Positions 19,307 through 28,234 are shown, counted from the stretch's first letter. The stretch: DNA of 55,535 nt from an uncultured virus (IMG/VR IMGVR_UViG_3300009110_000302) (IMGVR_UViG_3300009110_000302:62001-117535), one strand, 5' to 3'. The notes: a model not told the origin generated them from the sequence alone. A program made the numbers and translations.

Positions 19307-20209
19307 ATGCCTATAGAAGCAAAACAACAGATTGATGAGGGCTACGACTTCACCGCCAAACAGGTTGAAGTACCCCATCCAATCACCGGAAAAAAATCCG
19401 GTTATTACATGAACATCCGTGAAGACACGGGCGACATCATGGGGTGGACTACTGACCGTTACGGTCTGGTTAATCACCGTGACATAGTAGGGTTTGCAGA
19501 CAATGCGTTTGCTGACCGTGGTATCGAGGTTAATCGTAAAGTTTACGTGACCGAAAACGGTGCGAAGTGCCGTGCGGTTTATGACCTTATCGGTTCGGAA
19601 TATCAAGCGGAAGTTCCCCAAGTCGGTGACATTATGGGCTATCGTTTGACTGCTCAAAACTCGCTTGACCGTAGTCTTCGGATGGCTTATTCGTTAGGCT
19701 TAAAGCGTCTGGCTTGTTTGAATGGCATGACCACAACCGAGTCGGAAGTGGAAATGACAAAGAAACATTCTTTGAATGTTAACTTGAACGAGGTGCTTTC
19801 TCCAAAAGCCTTGGATACTGCTCTTGCCAAGATGAAGCAGAGCCTGACTGTTTACGGTCGGTTGTCGCAGTCGGAAGTTTCTCAAGAGCAAGGAATCATT
19901 ATCCTTCAGAACCTAGCAAATGCCAAGGTGTTTTCTGAAAAGGTGCGTGAGTCTATCGCTCAAGTTTGGAACGGCCAACCAGAGGGACTTGGCAGAGGTG
20001 GAGATGCCGATAAGAGTCGGAACCTTTACAACCTTAACAATGCCGTCACGGAGCATTTGACCTATGAGGTTGCGGATACTCGTTTCGAGTATGCAAATCG
20101 TGTGACCTCTCAAGTCTTAAAGAGGTTCGACAAGGCGACTCGGAACCAAAAAGTTTTGGAGAAACTTTGGACTCCCGCCAAAAATGATCAAATAGTGATT
20201 ACTGAGTAG
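19307..20209 (+). CDS. DUF932/DUF945 family protein
   Basis: REDTGDIMGWTTDRYGLVNH, ENGAK, NSLDRS...RLACLNGM...KKH, NLYNLNNAVTEHLT. Confidence 0.75.
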   Translation: MPIEAKQQIDEGYDFTAKQVEVPHPITGKKSGYYMNIREDTGDIMGWTTDRYGLVNHRDIVGFADNAFADRGIEVNRKVYVTENGAKCRAVYDLIGSEYQAEVPQVGDIMGYRLTAQNSLDRSLRMAYSLGLKRLACLNGMTTTESEVEMTKKHSLNVNLNEVLSPKALDTALAKMKQSLTVYGRLSQSEVSQEQGIIILQNLANAKVFSEKVRESIAQVWNGQPEGLGRGGDADKSRNLYNLNNAVTEHLTYEVADTRFEYANRVTSQVLKRFDKATRNQKVLEKLWTPAKNDQIVITE

Positions 20210-20220
20210 GCTACCCAACC

Positions 20221-20261
20221 GATCCCCTCGCTGCGTTAATCGTGGCGGGGGGATTTTTTTT
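20221..20261 (+). terminator. Intrinsic terminator
   Basis: GATCCCCTCGCTGCG-TTAAT-CGTGGCGGGGGGATT then T tract. Confidence 0.8.
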
Positions 20262-20330
20262 GCCCGTTTAAATAATAACTATTAAATAACGATTATTAAA
20301 TAGACCCGAAAAAATAATAACACCAAATAA

Positions 20331-20370
20331 GCACTTGGCACGGATCTTGCAGCCTGATTTTTAACTAGTG
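20331..20370 (+). repeat. 39-bp dyad element copy 2
   Basis: CACTTGGCACGGATCTTGC-A-GCCTGATTTTTAACTAGTG; left arm TGGCACG-N4-TTGCA is an exact sigma54 consensus. Confidence 0.8.
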
Positions 20371-20434
20371 GTCAAGCGAAAAAAAAAGAAAAAAAATGCT
20401 TGCATGAGTCTTAACCATCCCTATAATTAAGAAC

Positions 20435-20614
20435 ATGAGCAAAACATACGGAACCTATCAAGCAAGAAACGCTGTCAAAGCAGCACAAGTCACCAACCAT
20501 ATCAAAGCACAGAAAAAGATTGGCGTAACTCACGAGGAAGCTAAGGCTGAAGCCTATCGGATCTTCAACATCAAGGCAGCATTACCAATCTTAACCCGTC
20601 ACTTCTTACTTTAG
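20435..20614 (+). CDS. Small hypothetical protein (59 aa, not in ORF track)
   Basis: MSKTYGTYQARNAVKAAQVTNH...; class A promoter 20400-20427. Confidence 0.55.
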   Translation: MSKTYGTYQARNAVKAAQVTNHIKAQKKIGVTHEEAKAEAYRIFNIKAALPILTRHFLL

Positions 20615-20653
20615 GGGTTGACACGAGGCTAACTTTCGCTATAATTAAGGAAG

Positions 20654-20845
20654 ATGAAAATTAAAGGAATCAGAAACGGTTCGTTATATTATAACGAAGG
20701 AACCCAACGAGTAGAACGTGTTCGTAGTAAAGCGAATAGTCAATCAGTTTTCACCACTGTCCATAACAAAGCGTTGGCTGTGGTTCCGGCTAAATCTTTG
20801 AATTTGGCTAGTGGAGAACAGATTGCAAGCTACTTGCAATCATAA
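20654..20845 (+). CDS. Small hypothetical protein
   Basis: Class A promoter 20618-20645 directly upstream. Confidence 0.6.
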   Translation: MKIKGIRNGSLYYNEGTQRVERVRSKANSQSVFTTVHNKALAVVPAKSLNLASGEQIASYLQS

Positions 20846-20928
20846 ACATAACCCTCTCGCCCTTTCTTTACTTTTGGGTGAGAGGGTTTTTACTTGTTAA
20901 GAATATAACTATCATTATAATTGGAACT

Positions 20929-21501
20929 ATGAAAGAAACACTTAAAGATTTAGGGAATACCGCTTTGGATATTCTGTTAACCCTTATTTTAACTTTGCTT
21001 GCCTTGCATATGCTTTTGTTTGCTGCTGTGTCAGTAGCATCAGCGCAAGAGCTAACGCCCGACCAAACAGTTGTCGCAAAGACTATTCTTGGCGAAGCGC
21101 GTGGAGAAGGTAAGGCGGGTATGTATGCCGTTGCTTGTGTCATAGCGCAACGAGCAATTCTGCGGAACAAAACTCCAAAAGAAGTTTGCAAACAGCCTTC
21201 GCAATTTTCTTTTTGGGTTAAAGATAAAAAAACTACCCTTGACGACAGGAATAGAGCAACGGTTGAGCGGCTTATGAAGCACGATATCGAATCAGTGCGT
21301 TACGCTAAAGCTTTGGCTATTCATGTAATGAAAGTAGATCGTTCTTATACTGACCACGCAGACCACTATTGCGCGACAAGAGTTAGTCCTTACTGGGTAA
21401 GAGGGAGGACACCTGTAAGAATCATAGGCAATCATAAATTCTTTAGAATTAACTCCAGAGTTTTTGGAATAACAAAATCTTCTGTCTTGACTCAACCTTA
21501 A
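20929..21501 (+). CDS. Cell wall hydrolase, SleB/Hydrolase_2 family, with N-terminal TM/signal
   Basis: TILGEARGE...AVACVIAQR, EVCKQPSQFSFW, HY, PYW, IGNHKFF. Confidence 0.85.
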   Translation: MKETLKDLGNTALDILLTLILTLLALHMLLFAAVSVASAQELTPDQTVVAKTILGEARGEGKAGMYAVACVIAQRAILRNKTPKEVCKQPSQFSFWVKDKKTTLDDRNRATVERLMKHDIESVRYAKALAIHVMKVDRSYTDHADHYCATRVSPYWVRGRTPVRIIGNHKFFRINSRVFGITKSSVLTQP

Positions 21502-21523
21502 CCATCATTATAATTAAGAAACA

Positions 21524-21853
21524 ATGAAGGCAATCATAGAAATCGAATTAGGCAACTCATCATTTGGCAACAACGATGCTGAAAGACTATTTGAGATGCG
21601 AAACGTCATTGAAAGACTAATGGACAACGCTGACCGTATTATGGCAGCAGACGTTGGAGACTTCACAACCGCGCAAGACGCTAACGGTAACACGGTCGCT
21701 AGAATGGACATCGTAGAAGGTGGCAGGACACCAAAGATGTACGGTCTGGAAAATCAAGCACCTGATCAGCAACTGAACGTAGACCCCGCAGACAAGTATC
21801 AAGAGATGCGGAATGAAAACTGGGCAGACTCAAACGTCAGCGACCCATACTAA
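21524..21853 (+). CDS. Hypothetical protein
   Basis: Class A promoter 21487-21514. Confidence 0.6.
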   Translation: MKAIIEIELGNSSFGNNDAERLFEMRNVIERLMDNADRIMAADVGDFTTAQDANGNTVARMDIVEGGRTPKMYGLENQAPDQQLNVDPADKYQEMRNENWADSNVSDPY

Positions 21854-22088
21854 AATTATGAGCGACTATTGGACCGGACTTGTTAACTATAAACCAAAAA
21901 AGAAAATGACTGATAAAGAATCAAAGCAATTAGATATCTGTCTTGCGTTGTTGGCAATGGCATCCGCAAAGGGAGCGCACCCCACGGATATGCTTAACGC
22001 ATTCACCTTTGATATGAATCTAATAAGGAACGGGGAAGATCCTACTGAAACTCAAAAACTAATTGAGTAATTTCTGATATAAAAACTT

Positions 22089-22129
22089 GCACTTTATGTA
22101 AATCGGGCCGCACGATTCGTGCCAAGTGC
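22089..22129 (-). repeat. 39-bp dyad element copy 3 (inverted)
   Basis: Reverse reads CACTTGGCACGAATCGTGC-G-GCCCGATTTACATAAAGTG; TTATTCACA at 22151-22159. Confidence 0.85.
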
Positions 22130-22164
22130 AAGTAAAGTTTTCGAAAAAAGTTATTCACAATGCC

Positions 22165-22193
22165 TTGACAGGAGGGCGTTTCTGTGTTATATT
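22165..22193 (+). promoter_or_regulatory. Class B promoter (TTGACA-N17-TATAYT with TGTG-type extended -10)
   Basis: TTGACAggagggcgtttctgtgtTATATT; relatives at 25452, 26974, 27329, 28574. Confidence 0.75.
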
Positions 22194-22200
22194 TATTTCA

Positions 22201-22347
22201 ATGAAAGTGAGAAGGAAAAGAAAACGCAGAGCAAGAGCGAGAGTGAACCGCGAAGGCTTTATGAATAGCGCAACCCGTGAACATCGCGTGAAGAAGGGTA
22301 AAGGCTCTTTTAGGCGTAGAAAAAAACATCAAAAAAAATTCGATTAG
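22201..22347 (+). CDS. ArfA-like small basic protein
   Basis: 48 aa, REHRVKKGKGSFRRRKKH resembles the ArfA KKGKGSY-x-R-x2-KH motif. Confidence 0.5.
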   Translation: MKVRRKRKRRARARVNREGFMNSATREHRVKKGKGSFRRRKKHQKKFD

Positions 22348-22402
22348 GGCTTGCATTGTCCTGCTCGACCTGTCATAATCCTATCCAGAAAGTAAATCAA
22401 TT

Positions 22403-22843
22403 ATGTATAACAACCACACAAACACAAAACTAGAGTATCAAGACTTCAGCACTAAAATCATCGTTGCCATCACTGGCGCACCTGAAGATGTGGAAGCTGA
22501 TTTCTGGGGATTCTTCAACACCAACGCCACCGATGCGGGATTGCATCATTTTGGCGAGGCGCGTATTCATTGGCTAACACCTACCACCGCGCAATTTTAC
22601 ACAACCCGTGAGCGTTTGCTTGCTGGTATGGAATTGCGAGCTTTGAACAAACTTCTAAACGAGTCTGCCGATGGTTACAAAGGCACAAAAGGCGGTGCGT
22701 TGGCAGATGCTAAACAAATGGCGCAAGAGTGGTTTGACTCGATGGAACGTGTCACGGACATCATCAAAAAGAATGTGCGAGAGACTACTTACGGCATGGG
22801 AACCATCTCGGCCGAAAAGCCTGACAGCGATTATAGTGCTTGA
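22403..22843 (+). CDS. Hypothetical protein
   Basis: 146-aa ORF with promoter-like TTGCAT...CATAAT upstream. Confidence 0.6.
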   Translation: MYNNHTNTKLEYQDFSTKIIVAITGAPEDVEADFWGFFNTNATDAGLHHFGEARIHWLTPTTAQFYTTRERLLAGMELRALNKLLNESADGYKGTKGGALADAKQMAQEWFDSMERVTDIIKKNVRETTYGMGTISAEKPDSDYSA

Positions 22844-22875
22844 ATCAATCTTAACTATCTGTATAATTAACAAAG

Positions 22876-23619
22876 ATGAACGACCTATTAAAATTTGGAG
22901 ATCCGAACTCCAAGCTAAAGAAAATGATTCGGAAGCTTGGGCTTAAACTAAAAACCTTCACGCTTCCCGCTGGACACACTTGCCCCGGAGCAAAAGACTG
23001 TTTATCAAAAGCAGATCCTGAAACCGGAAAGATTCAAGACGGGCCAGATACGGAGTGGCGATGCTTTGCCGCTAGTGCAGAGGCAACGTATCCGTCATTG
23101 CGTAAAATGGTTTGGCATAACTTCGACTTGCTAAAGCAAGCTTTGAAATTAGACCAAGAGGCAGGATTTGAGAACTGCCCACACACTACCGATTTAATCA
23201 ATCGGAGCTTGCCCAAAAAGTTTGACATCATGCGTGTCCACGTTGGCGGGGATTTCTTTTCAAAGCGTTACTTGCAAGCGTGGGTTGACGTTGCAAGGCA
23301 AAACCCTGACAAGGTTTTTTATGCCTACTCGAAAAGTCTTAATTTCTTTTTGGAATGGGCGTTGCCTTCTAACCTTGTCTTGACTGCCTCGCGTGGTGGC
23401 AAGCATGATGAATTGATTGACGTTGCCGGTTGGAAAGAAGCTGTTGTTGTTTACAGTGAGCAAGAAGCAATCGACAAAGGTTTAGAAATCGACCACGACG
23501 ACACACACGCAGCGTTTGGAAAAGAAAACTTTGCGTTGTTAATTCACGGGACACAGCCAGCAGGGAGTATGGCAAGTAAGGCGTTGCAACTTCTTAAACG
23601 GGGAAAGGTTGCCGCGTGA
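22876..23619 (+). CDS. Phage gene product 88 (GP88)-like protein
   Basis: FTLPAGHTCPGA..C...CFAA, RVHVGGDFFS, FYAYSKS, LPSNLVLTAS. Confidence 0.7.
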   Translation: MNDLLKFGDPNSKLKKMIRKLGLKLKTFTLPAGHTCPGAKDCLSKADPETGKIQDGPDTEWRCFAASAEATYPSLRKMVWHNFDLLKQALKLDQEAGFENCPHTTDLINRSLPKKFDIMRVHVGGDFFSKRYLQAWVDVARQNPDKVFYAYSKSLNFFLEWALPSNLVLTASRGGKHDELIDVAGWKEAVVVYSEQEAIDKGLEIDHDDTHAAFGKENFALLIHGTQPAGSMASKALQLLKRGKVAA

Positions 23620-23734
23620 GCTTAGAAGTAATATTTATAATTGCCTTTTTAATATTTCTTTTCCAGCTACAAAAATGAAAATCCGAATAACAAACAAAGG
23701 CCCGCCCTAAAATTTTTCTTAAAAAAAGCTTGAC

Positions 23735-23774
23735 CACTCGCCAAAAATCGGGCAGCACGATTCGTGCCAAGTGC
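23735..23774 (-). repeat. 39-bp dyad element copy 4 (inverted)
   Basis: Reverse reads CACTTGGCACGAATCGTGC-T-GCCCGATTTTTGGCGAGTG. Confidence 0.85.
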
Positions 23775-23917
23775 TCAAAGCTAGGTGGGACATTGGCTGT
23801 CCACCCACTTAAATTATTTTTCAGACCGCTATTTGAGCCCACAAAAACAGGGTTATTCTGCACCATTTTTTTTTGCGTATCACTTGCATTATTCGTAAAA
23901 GTGGAGTATATTAAGGT

Positions 23918-24196
23918 ATGTTAAACAAAGAACTAACAGTAGAACAAGAAGCTCAACTCCTACTCAACCAAGAGATTGAGGTAACAAGCTCACGCATCAT
24001 GCAGCTTTGGGGTAAGCGTGGAATCGTTGAGGCTGTCATGGCAGATGGTCGTACGTTAGACATTAAGCTAGCTGATGGCAAGAGCGTTTTCCTAGATGTC
24101 ACCTTTGTGGGTGAAGTGCGGGAAGGCATAGCGTTTGCCAAGCAAGAACAGTCTCTTGGCCCAATCGCTAACAGCGTAGTGAAAAGCACTCTTTAG
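23918..24196 (+). CDS. Hypothetical protein
   Basis: TTGCAT-N17-TATATT promoter ends 5 nt before ATG. Confidence 0.6.
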   Translation: MLNKELTVEQEAQLLLNQEIEVTSSRIMQLWGKRGIVEAVMADGRTLDIKLADGKSVFLDVTFVGEVREGIAFAKQEQSLGPIANSVVKSTL

Positions 24197-24233
24197 GCTT
24201 TACAGGCATTTAACTATCCCTATAATTATAACA

Positions 24234-24494
24234 ATGATGAACGAACTAGACCAATTCAAAGAAGATACCGCGATGCGCCTGTTTGGGCGTAGTCGTCGCC
24301 TTGCCATCGCTGGCAACCAATGCGTTAAGTGTGGCGCACACGATCTTGAGTTCCGTGACGAACTCAGCAGCAAGGAGCATGGCATCTCCGGTTTCTGCCA
24401 GTCCTGTCAGGACGACATCTTTGGCCCCAGCGATGAGGAGAAAGAGGAGGTTCTTGGAATCACTCACCAAATGTTTGGAGGTGAAGAATGTTAG
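24234..24494 (+). CDS. Small zinc-finger phage protein
   Basis: CVKCG...FRDELSSKEHGISGFCQSCQDDIFG; class A promoter 24199-24226. Confidence 0.65.
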   Translation: MMNELDQFKEDTAMRLFGRSRRLAIAGNQCVKCGAHDLEFRDELSSKEHGISGFCQSCQDDIFGPSDEEKEEVLGITHQMFGGEEC

Positions 24495-25045
24495 ACATCA
24501 CTGACAAAAAAGCTGTAAGAAAAACTTTCCGCCGTGATGTTTACCGCAATCTTCATTTCAGAGATGAGGTTGTCTATTCTGTGCGTAAAGATGGTCTGGT
24601 TGAGGGTCACGCCCTTTGTTATGTAATGGATGGCGTTACCTTTCACGTTGGGCCTAAAGGCAACCAGCGTGTGCGTGATGAGGAGCGTAAAAACGTTCAC
24701 GCTGTTATTCGCGGGCACGTTATCAATGCCGTTTGGTATGATGAGGATGAGATGGAATGGGCCAAGAGTGCTGCCCAACAATTGGCTGAGATAGAAATGT
24801 GTGGTGTGCCTGTGAGTCGTAACACGAATGTAAGTGACTTGGATGATCCGCGCGCGTGGGAGCCTATGTATAAATGGGTAGAGGTTAAGTATAACCCTTA
24901 TAAGTTCAAGAGCTTTGTCAGCCCTGTTTATTTGCCATTTGGTTCCGAGGAGCCAGAATTCAGACCCATCTTTGAGGCTCGTAAGGTTGTTATTTACAGC
25001 GAGGACAACAAGAGCAAAGTCATGGCAATGGTTCCAATTATTTAA
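24488..25045 (+). CDS. Phage hypothetical protein (YRNLH type)
   Basis: VYRNLH...YSVR..GLVEGH...QRVRDEERKNVHAVIRG...VKYNPYK. Confidence 0.65.
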   Translation: MLDITDKKAVRKTFRRDVYRNLHFRDEVVYSVRKDGLVEGHALCYVMDGVTFHVGPKGNQRVRDEERKNVHAVIRGHVINAVWYDEDEMEWAKSAAQQLAEIEMCGVPVSRNTNVSDLDDPRAWEPMYKWVEVKYNPYKFKSFVSPVYLPFGSEEPEFRPIFEARKVVIYSEDNKSKVMAMVPII

Positions 25046-25086
25046 CTTGCCCTTCTTAACTAATTCAACGAAACCTTATTCTGTAT

Positions 25087-25335
25087 ATGAAAAATTCAAA
25101 GAAAACTGATAAAATCCTGAACGAACTCCGTCGTCAGGGATGCACGATTAAAGAGAAGAAAAACAATGTGATGATTATTCCTCCTGATTCGAATGTGGAA
25201 GCTTACACTGTCCATAGAAGTGACAGACACGTTGGAGCATTGATTGACCATTGCTTGAAAAGATATAGCCACCTTTTGAATTTCAAGAAGCTGGCAAAGT
25301 ATCACAAGAGATTTCAAAACGGAGCGAAGGACTAA
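25087..25335 (+). CDS. Small basic protein, possibly HicA-like fold
   Basis: KILNELRRQGCTIKEKKNNVMIIPP...TVH; the HicA GSH histidine is absent. Confidence 0.35.
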   Translation: MKNSKKTDKILNELRRQGCTIKEKKNNVMIIPPDSNVEAYTVHRSDRHVGALIDHCLKRYSHLLNFKKLAKYHKRFQNGAKD

Positions 25336-25340
25336 ACACG

Positions 25341-25367
25341 AGCGGCGCGAGCCGCTTTTTATTTTTT
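25341..25367 (+). terminator. Intrinsic terminator
   Basis: AGCGGC-GCGA-GCCGCT then T tract, immediately before dyad copy 5. Confidence 0.75.
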
Positions 25368-25371
25368 ACTT

Positions 25372-25412
25372 GCACTTGGCACGAATCCGGCAGCACGATT
25401 CATGCCAAGTGC
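25372..25412 (+). repeat. 39-bp dyad element copy 5
   Basis: CACTTGGCACGAATCCGGC-A-GCACGATTCATGCCAAGTG; TGTGAATAA at 25416-25424. Confidence 0.85.
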
Positions 25413-25488
25413 TATTGTGAATAACTTTCTGAAAAAAATGCCTTCCAGCCCTTGACAAACGGTCGTTTGTGTGTTATATTTATACAAG

Positions 25489-25929
25489 ATGAACGAAGAA
25501 AGACTAAAACCACTTTTTGATTTAGACGGAACCCTAATCCGTGAGGATCGTGACAGCGATCGCCTTTTTGATTTCTTTCGCCCTCACGCTATCCTCGCAC
25601 TAACAGAAGATGATTTAACTCCTCTCGGCGTACTCGTTAGAGACTCTGGAAAAGAATTTGATATCCTTACAGCGAGAGGCCATAAAAACGCAGAATTTGT
25701 TCGCATCGCTCTTACTGCTCTCGGATTCAATGTAAACAAGATCGTCACCGTTGGAGTAGACATTAACTCTCCAGAAGACATGGATAACGTCAGCAGCAAA
25801 AGAGTAGCGGAAAGGAAAATCAGAATCGCCAAATTTGTTCAAAGAAAATTAGTTGACAATGACGAACGGAATCTGGTAGGATTGGGCGAGTTAGGAGAAT
25901 TAGTAAGCCAAGATCAAAAGGAATTTTAA
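25489..25929 (+). CDS. HAD-superfamily phosphatase
   Basis: Motif I FDLDGTL, motif II LTAR, Lys, motif IV VDND. Confidence 0.7.
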   Translation: MNEERLKPLFDLDGTLIREDRDSDRLFDFFRPHAILALTEDDLTPLGVLVRDSGKEFDILTARGHKNAEFVRIALTALGFNVNKIVTVGVDINSPEDMDNVSSKRVAERKIRIAKFVQRKLVDNDERNLVGLGELGELVSQDQKEF

Positions 25930-25931
25930 TT

Positions 25932-26165
25932 ATGATAAAGAACGGAAAAGAACAAAACGTAGTACCCACCACACGCAAACAAAACCTTGCTGCTGCCAAG
26001 GCTTGTGACGACCACTATGAGGCTTGCAGCTTGTTTCGGGCGTTGCAGTACGCCAACAACATGGGAACAGGTGAGGATGACTTTGACGAATTGGCAGAGC
26101 ATTTCATCAACAAGCAAGGGCTTACGGACTACTGCGAAAACGGATTTAAGAAAGTTAATCGGTAG
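25932..26165 (+). CDS. Hypothetical protein
   Basis: 77 aa; TAG stop lies inside the class C palindrome. Confidence 0.5.
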   Translation: MIKNGKEQNVVPTTRKQNLAAAKACDDHYEACSLFRALQYANNMGTGEDDFDELAEHFINKQGLTDYCENGFKKVNR

Positions 26166-26206
26166 GACTACGGATGTCCTACCCCCTGTGGTATACTATA
26201 CGTATG
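26161..26206 (+). promoter_or_regulatory. Class C element: palindrome + extended -10 + ATG
   Basis: GGTAGGAC-TACGGAT-GTCCTACC cccTGtgg TATACT atacgt ATG. Confidence 0.75.
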
Positions 26207-26374
26207 AAAATGATTATGAAAGACATAGAACTAAACGAAAACGGAAACGCCGTGGTAGACGGCACAGAGTATGAAGTGCGTGGATTTGACCACGAAGGAC
26301 AAGAGGCGATCGTGATTCACGAATTGGATTTGATTTCTTACGACGAAGGCGATAACTGGGAGGAAATGGAATAG
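26204..26374 (+). CDS. Small acidic hypothetical protein
   Basis: MKMIMKDIELNENG...; starts at the class C ATG. Confidence 0.55.
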   Translation: MKMIMKDIELNENGNAVVDGTEYEVRGFDHEGQEAIVIHELDLISYDEGDNWEEME

Positions 26375-26377
26375 ATT

Positions 26378-26641
26378 ATGACATTTAACGATTTGAAATT
26401 TAGCGACATATCTGAAACGCATGGAGAAGATGCAATTCAGGCGTATGTGGAATTGCCGAATGGTTATGATGTTTCCGTGGTGAAGCATCGGTTTTCATAC
26501 GGTGGCGAAAAAGGTATGTATGAGATTGGTTGCTTCTTTAACAATCACATGGTTGATCCTGCTGACTGGGGTGATACCGTCAAGGGTTGGTTGAATGAAA
26601 GTGATGTAGAAGATTGGATAAATGTGATTAAAAAATTATGA
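26378..26641 (+). CDS. Phage hypothetical protein
   Basis: LPNGYDVSVV...SYGGEKGMYEIG pattern recalled from phage hypotheticals. Confidence 0.65.
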   Translation: MTFNDLKFSDISETHGEDAIQAYVELPNGYDVSVVKHRFSYGGEKGMYEIGCFFNNHMVDPADWGDTVKGWLNESDVEDWINVIKKL

Positions 26642-26885
26642 GAGAATTAGATTCCATTATGTTTATTGTTTTCTTTTTAATGCTTTGCGCTATTGGCGTT
26701 TTTGTTATAGGCGTAGCGCATGACGCTTACATTGTTTGGTATATAAACAATTAAAATGAATATTTCAACAAACAAAAAAACAGGCACGACTACAATCGTA
26801 ATTTCTTCTAAATTAAAAGAGAAATTTTATAGTATTCTTATAGCTTTTGCTTTGGGGTTAATTATCGGTTGGATATTTTAGGCTT

Positions 26886-26925
26886 GCACTTGGCACGAAT
26901 CCGGCTGCCCGATTTATGCCAAGTG
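26886..26925 (+). repeat. 39-bp dyad element copy 6
   Basis: CACTTGGCACGAATCCGGC-T-GCCCGATTTATGCCAAGTG. Confidence 0.85.
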
Positions 26926-27008
26926 GTCAAGAACTTCTTAACAGGGAGAGAATAACTTTCTTTATTTAAAGGGTTGACAAATGGGCGTTTGCGTGTTATA
27001 TTTATACC

Positions 27009-27320
27009 ATGAAGATGATACTGAAAGCTGCCCGCAACGCAAGCCGCCGCACTCGTAACCGTGTCCGTGAGCACGGGCCCGTGTTCGAGGACGTTACCCG
27101 TCAACATACTGGGCGTAACTTGGGCAGGGGAGTGGTGGATGGTATGGACTGTGTATTGGTGCGTGCTGGTAGCTGGTTTGGCTGGCTACCCATAGATGAG
27201 ATTGAGCGCACCACTGAGGGTGGGGTTAAGTTCTGCTGGCCATTAGATGAGGATGGTGACTTAGGTAGCGCAGGGTGGCTATGCTTAAACCATCAGGCAT
27301 GGCTTAAAGAGCGTGAATAA
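27009..27320 (+). CDS. Hypothetical protein
   Basis: Class B promoter 26974-27002, ATG 6 nt downstream. Confidence 0.6.
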   Translation: MKMILKAARNASRRTRNRVREHGPVFEDVTRQHTGRNLGRGVVDGMDCVLVRAGSWFGWLPIDEIERTTEGGVKFCWPLDEDGDLGSAGWLCLNHQAWLKERE

Positions 27321-27363
27321 CTTACCCCTTGACAAGCACCCCTATGTGTGTTATATTCTTACC

Positions 27364-27606
27364 ATGATGAATGACATGAGCAACACCACCAACCACGACG
27401 CGCGTATCTCCTGCGAGGAGGCCTTCACTGAGGACATGGGCCCTGCCCATTGGGCTAATGAACCTGAGCAGCCCACCCACAAGGAGGTAGCTGGTGTGTG
27501 TGAGGATGCCCCTTGCTGTGGGTGCTGTGGTGACAGCATGGACGATGGCTATGGCACGTATGCTGATGATGCGTGGCATGATGCCAACGAGTACCCTGAC
27601 TGGTAG
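27364..27606 (+). CDS. Small acidic protein with CEDAPCCGCC motif
   Basis: Class B promoter 27329-27357; GVCEDAPCCGCCG. Confidence 0.6.
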   Translation: MMNDMSNTTNHDARISCEEAFTEDMGPAHWANEPEQPTHKEVAGVCEDAPCCGCCGDSMDDGYGTYADDAWHDANEYPDW

Positions 27607-27610
27607 GGTA

Positions 27611-27650
27611 GCACTTGGCACGAATCGTGCAGCCAGATCGGGGCCAAGTG
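27611..27650 (+). repeat. 39-bp dyad element copy 7
   Basis: CACTTGGCACGAATCGTGC-A-GCCAGATCGGGGCCAAGTG. Confidence 0.85.
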
Positions 27651-27665
27651 GTCAAGAACTTTCTT

Positions 27666-27941
27666 TTATTCTTTCTCGTCTTCCCAGTAGTAGCCTTCCG
27701 GTGGCATGATCTCGTTAAGGGTTGTACCTGTTGCCTTGCTCACTATGTATGGCTTAAGCTCTGCCATGTCTACCATACCCCATTCTTTAGCGAAGCCCAT
27801 TACATAGCCGAAGCTCAAGCCGTAGCTGTCTTCTTCTTCTAGGTAATACTCCCAACCATTACGCAGGATGATGTGTTGAGCCACAGCGAAAGGCTCTTTC
27901 GTGTCTTCATTGTTCGAGTTGATGATATTTCTTGTTTTCAT
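27666..27941 (-). CDS. DUF2958-like protein
   Basis: GWEYYLEEED..GLSFGYVMGFAKEWGMVDMAEL resembles the DUF2958 FG.V.G...E.G....EL pattern. Confidence 0.5.
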   Translation of the reverse strand: MKTRNIINSNNEDTKEPFAVAQHIILRNGWEYYLEEEDSYGLSFGYVMGFAKEWGMVDMAELKPYIVSKATGTTLNEIMPPEGYYWEDEKE

Positions 27942-27948
27942 AATTCAA

Positions 27949-28191
27949 TTACCTTTCAACACCAAGCTCTTTGTGGAGCTTGTTAATCTTATTAGTAGTG
28001 TGATTCCAAATCACTTTCATATCATTGGTGCGGTAAATCGCAGCACTACCAACACCGCCAAAGTGTTTACCATGAATTCTGACTTCAACGTCATTAACTT
28101 CAATTTGTGTCACAACGTCAAAGCGCGTGATGTTCTCAGCAATAAATTCTTGCTCTTCTTTATTTAGTTCTATGTTTTTCATATTCTTCAT
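27949..28191 (-). CDS. Hypothetical protein
   Basis: Starts MKNMKNIELN at the class C element 28189-28234. Confidence 0.6.
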   Translation of the reverse strand: MKNMKNIELNKEEQEFIAENITRFDVVTQIEVNDVEVRIHGKHFGGVGSAAIYRTNDMKVIWNHTTNKINKLHKELGVER

Positions 28192-28234
28192 GCGTCTAGT
28201 ATACCATACAGGGTGGGACATCCGTAGTCCTACC
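28189..28234 (-). promoter_or_regulatory. Class C element (minus strand)
   Basis: GGTAGGACTACGGATGTCCCACC ctgtaTGg TATACT agacgc ATG. Confidence 0.75.

Noticed and set aside
25087..25335. Toxin-antitoxin system (HicAB)
   Set aside because: Catalytic His motif is absent and no HicB-like neighbour is present.
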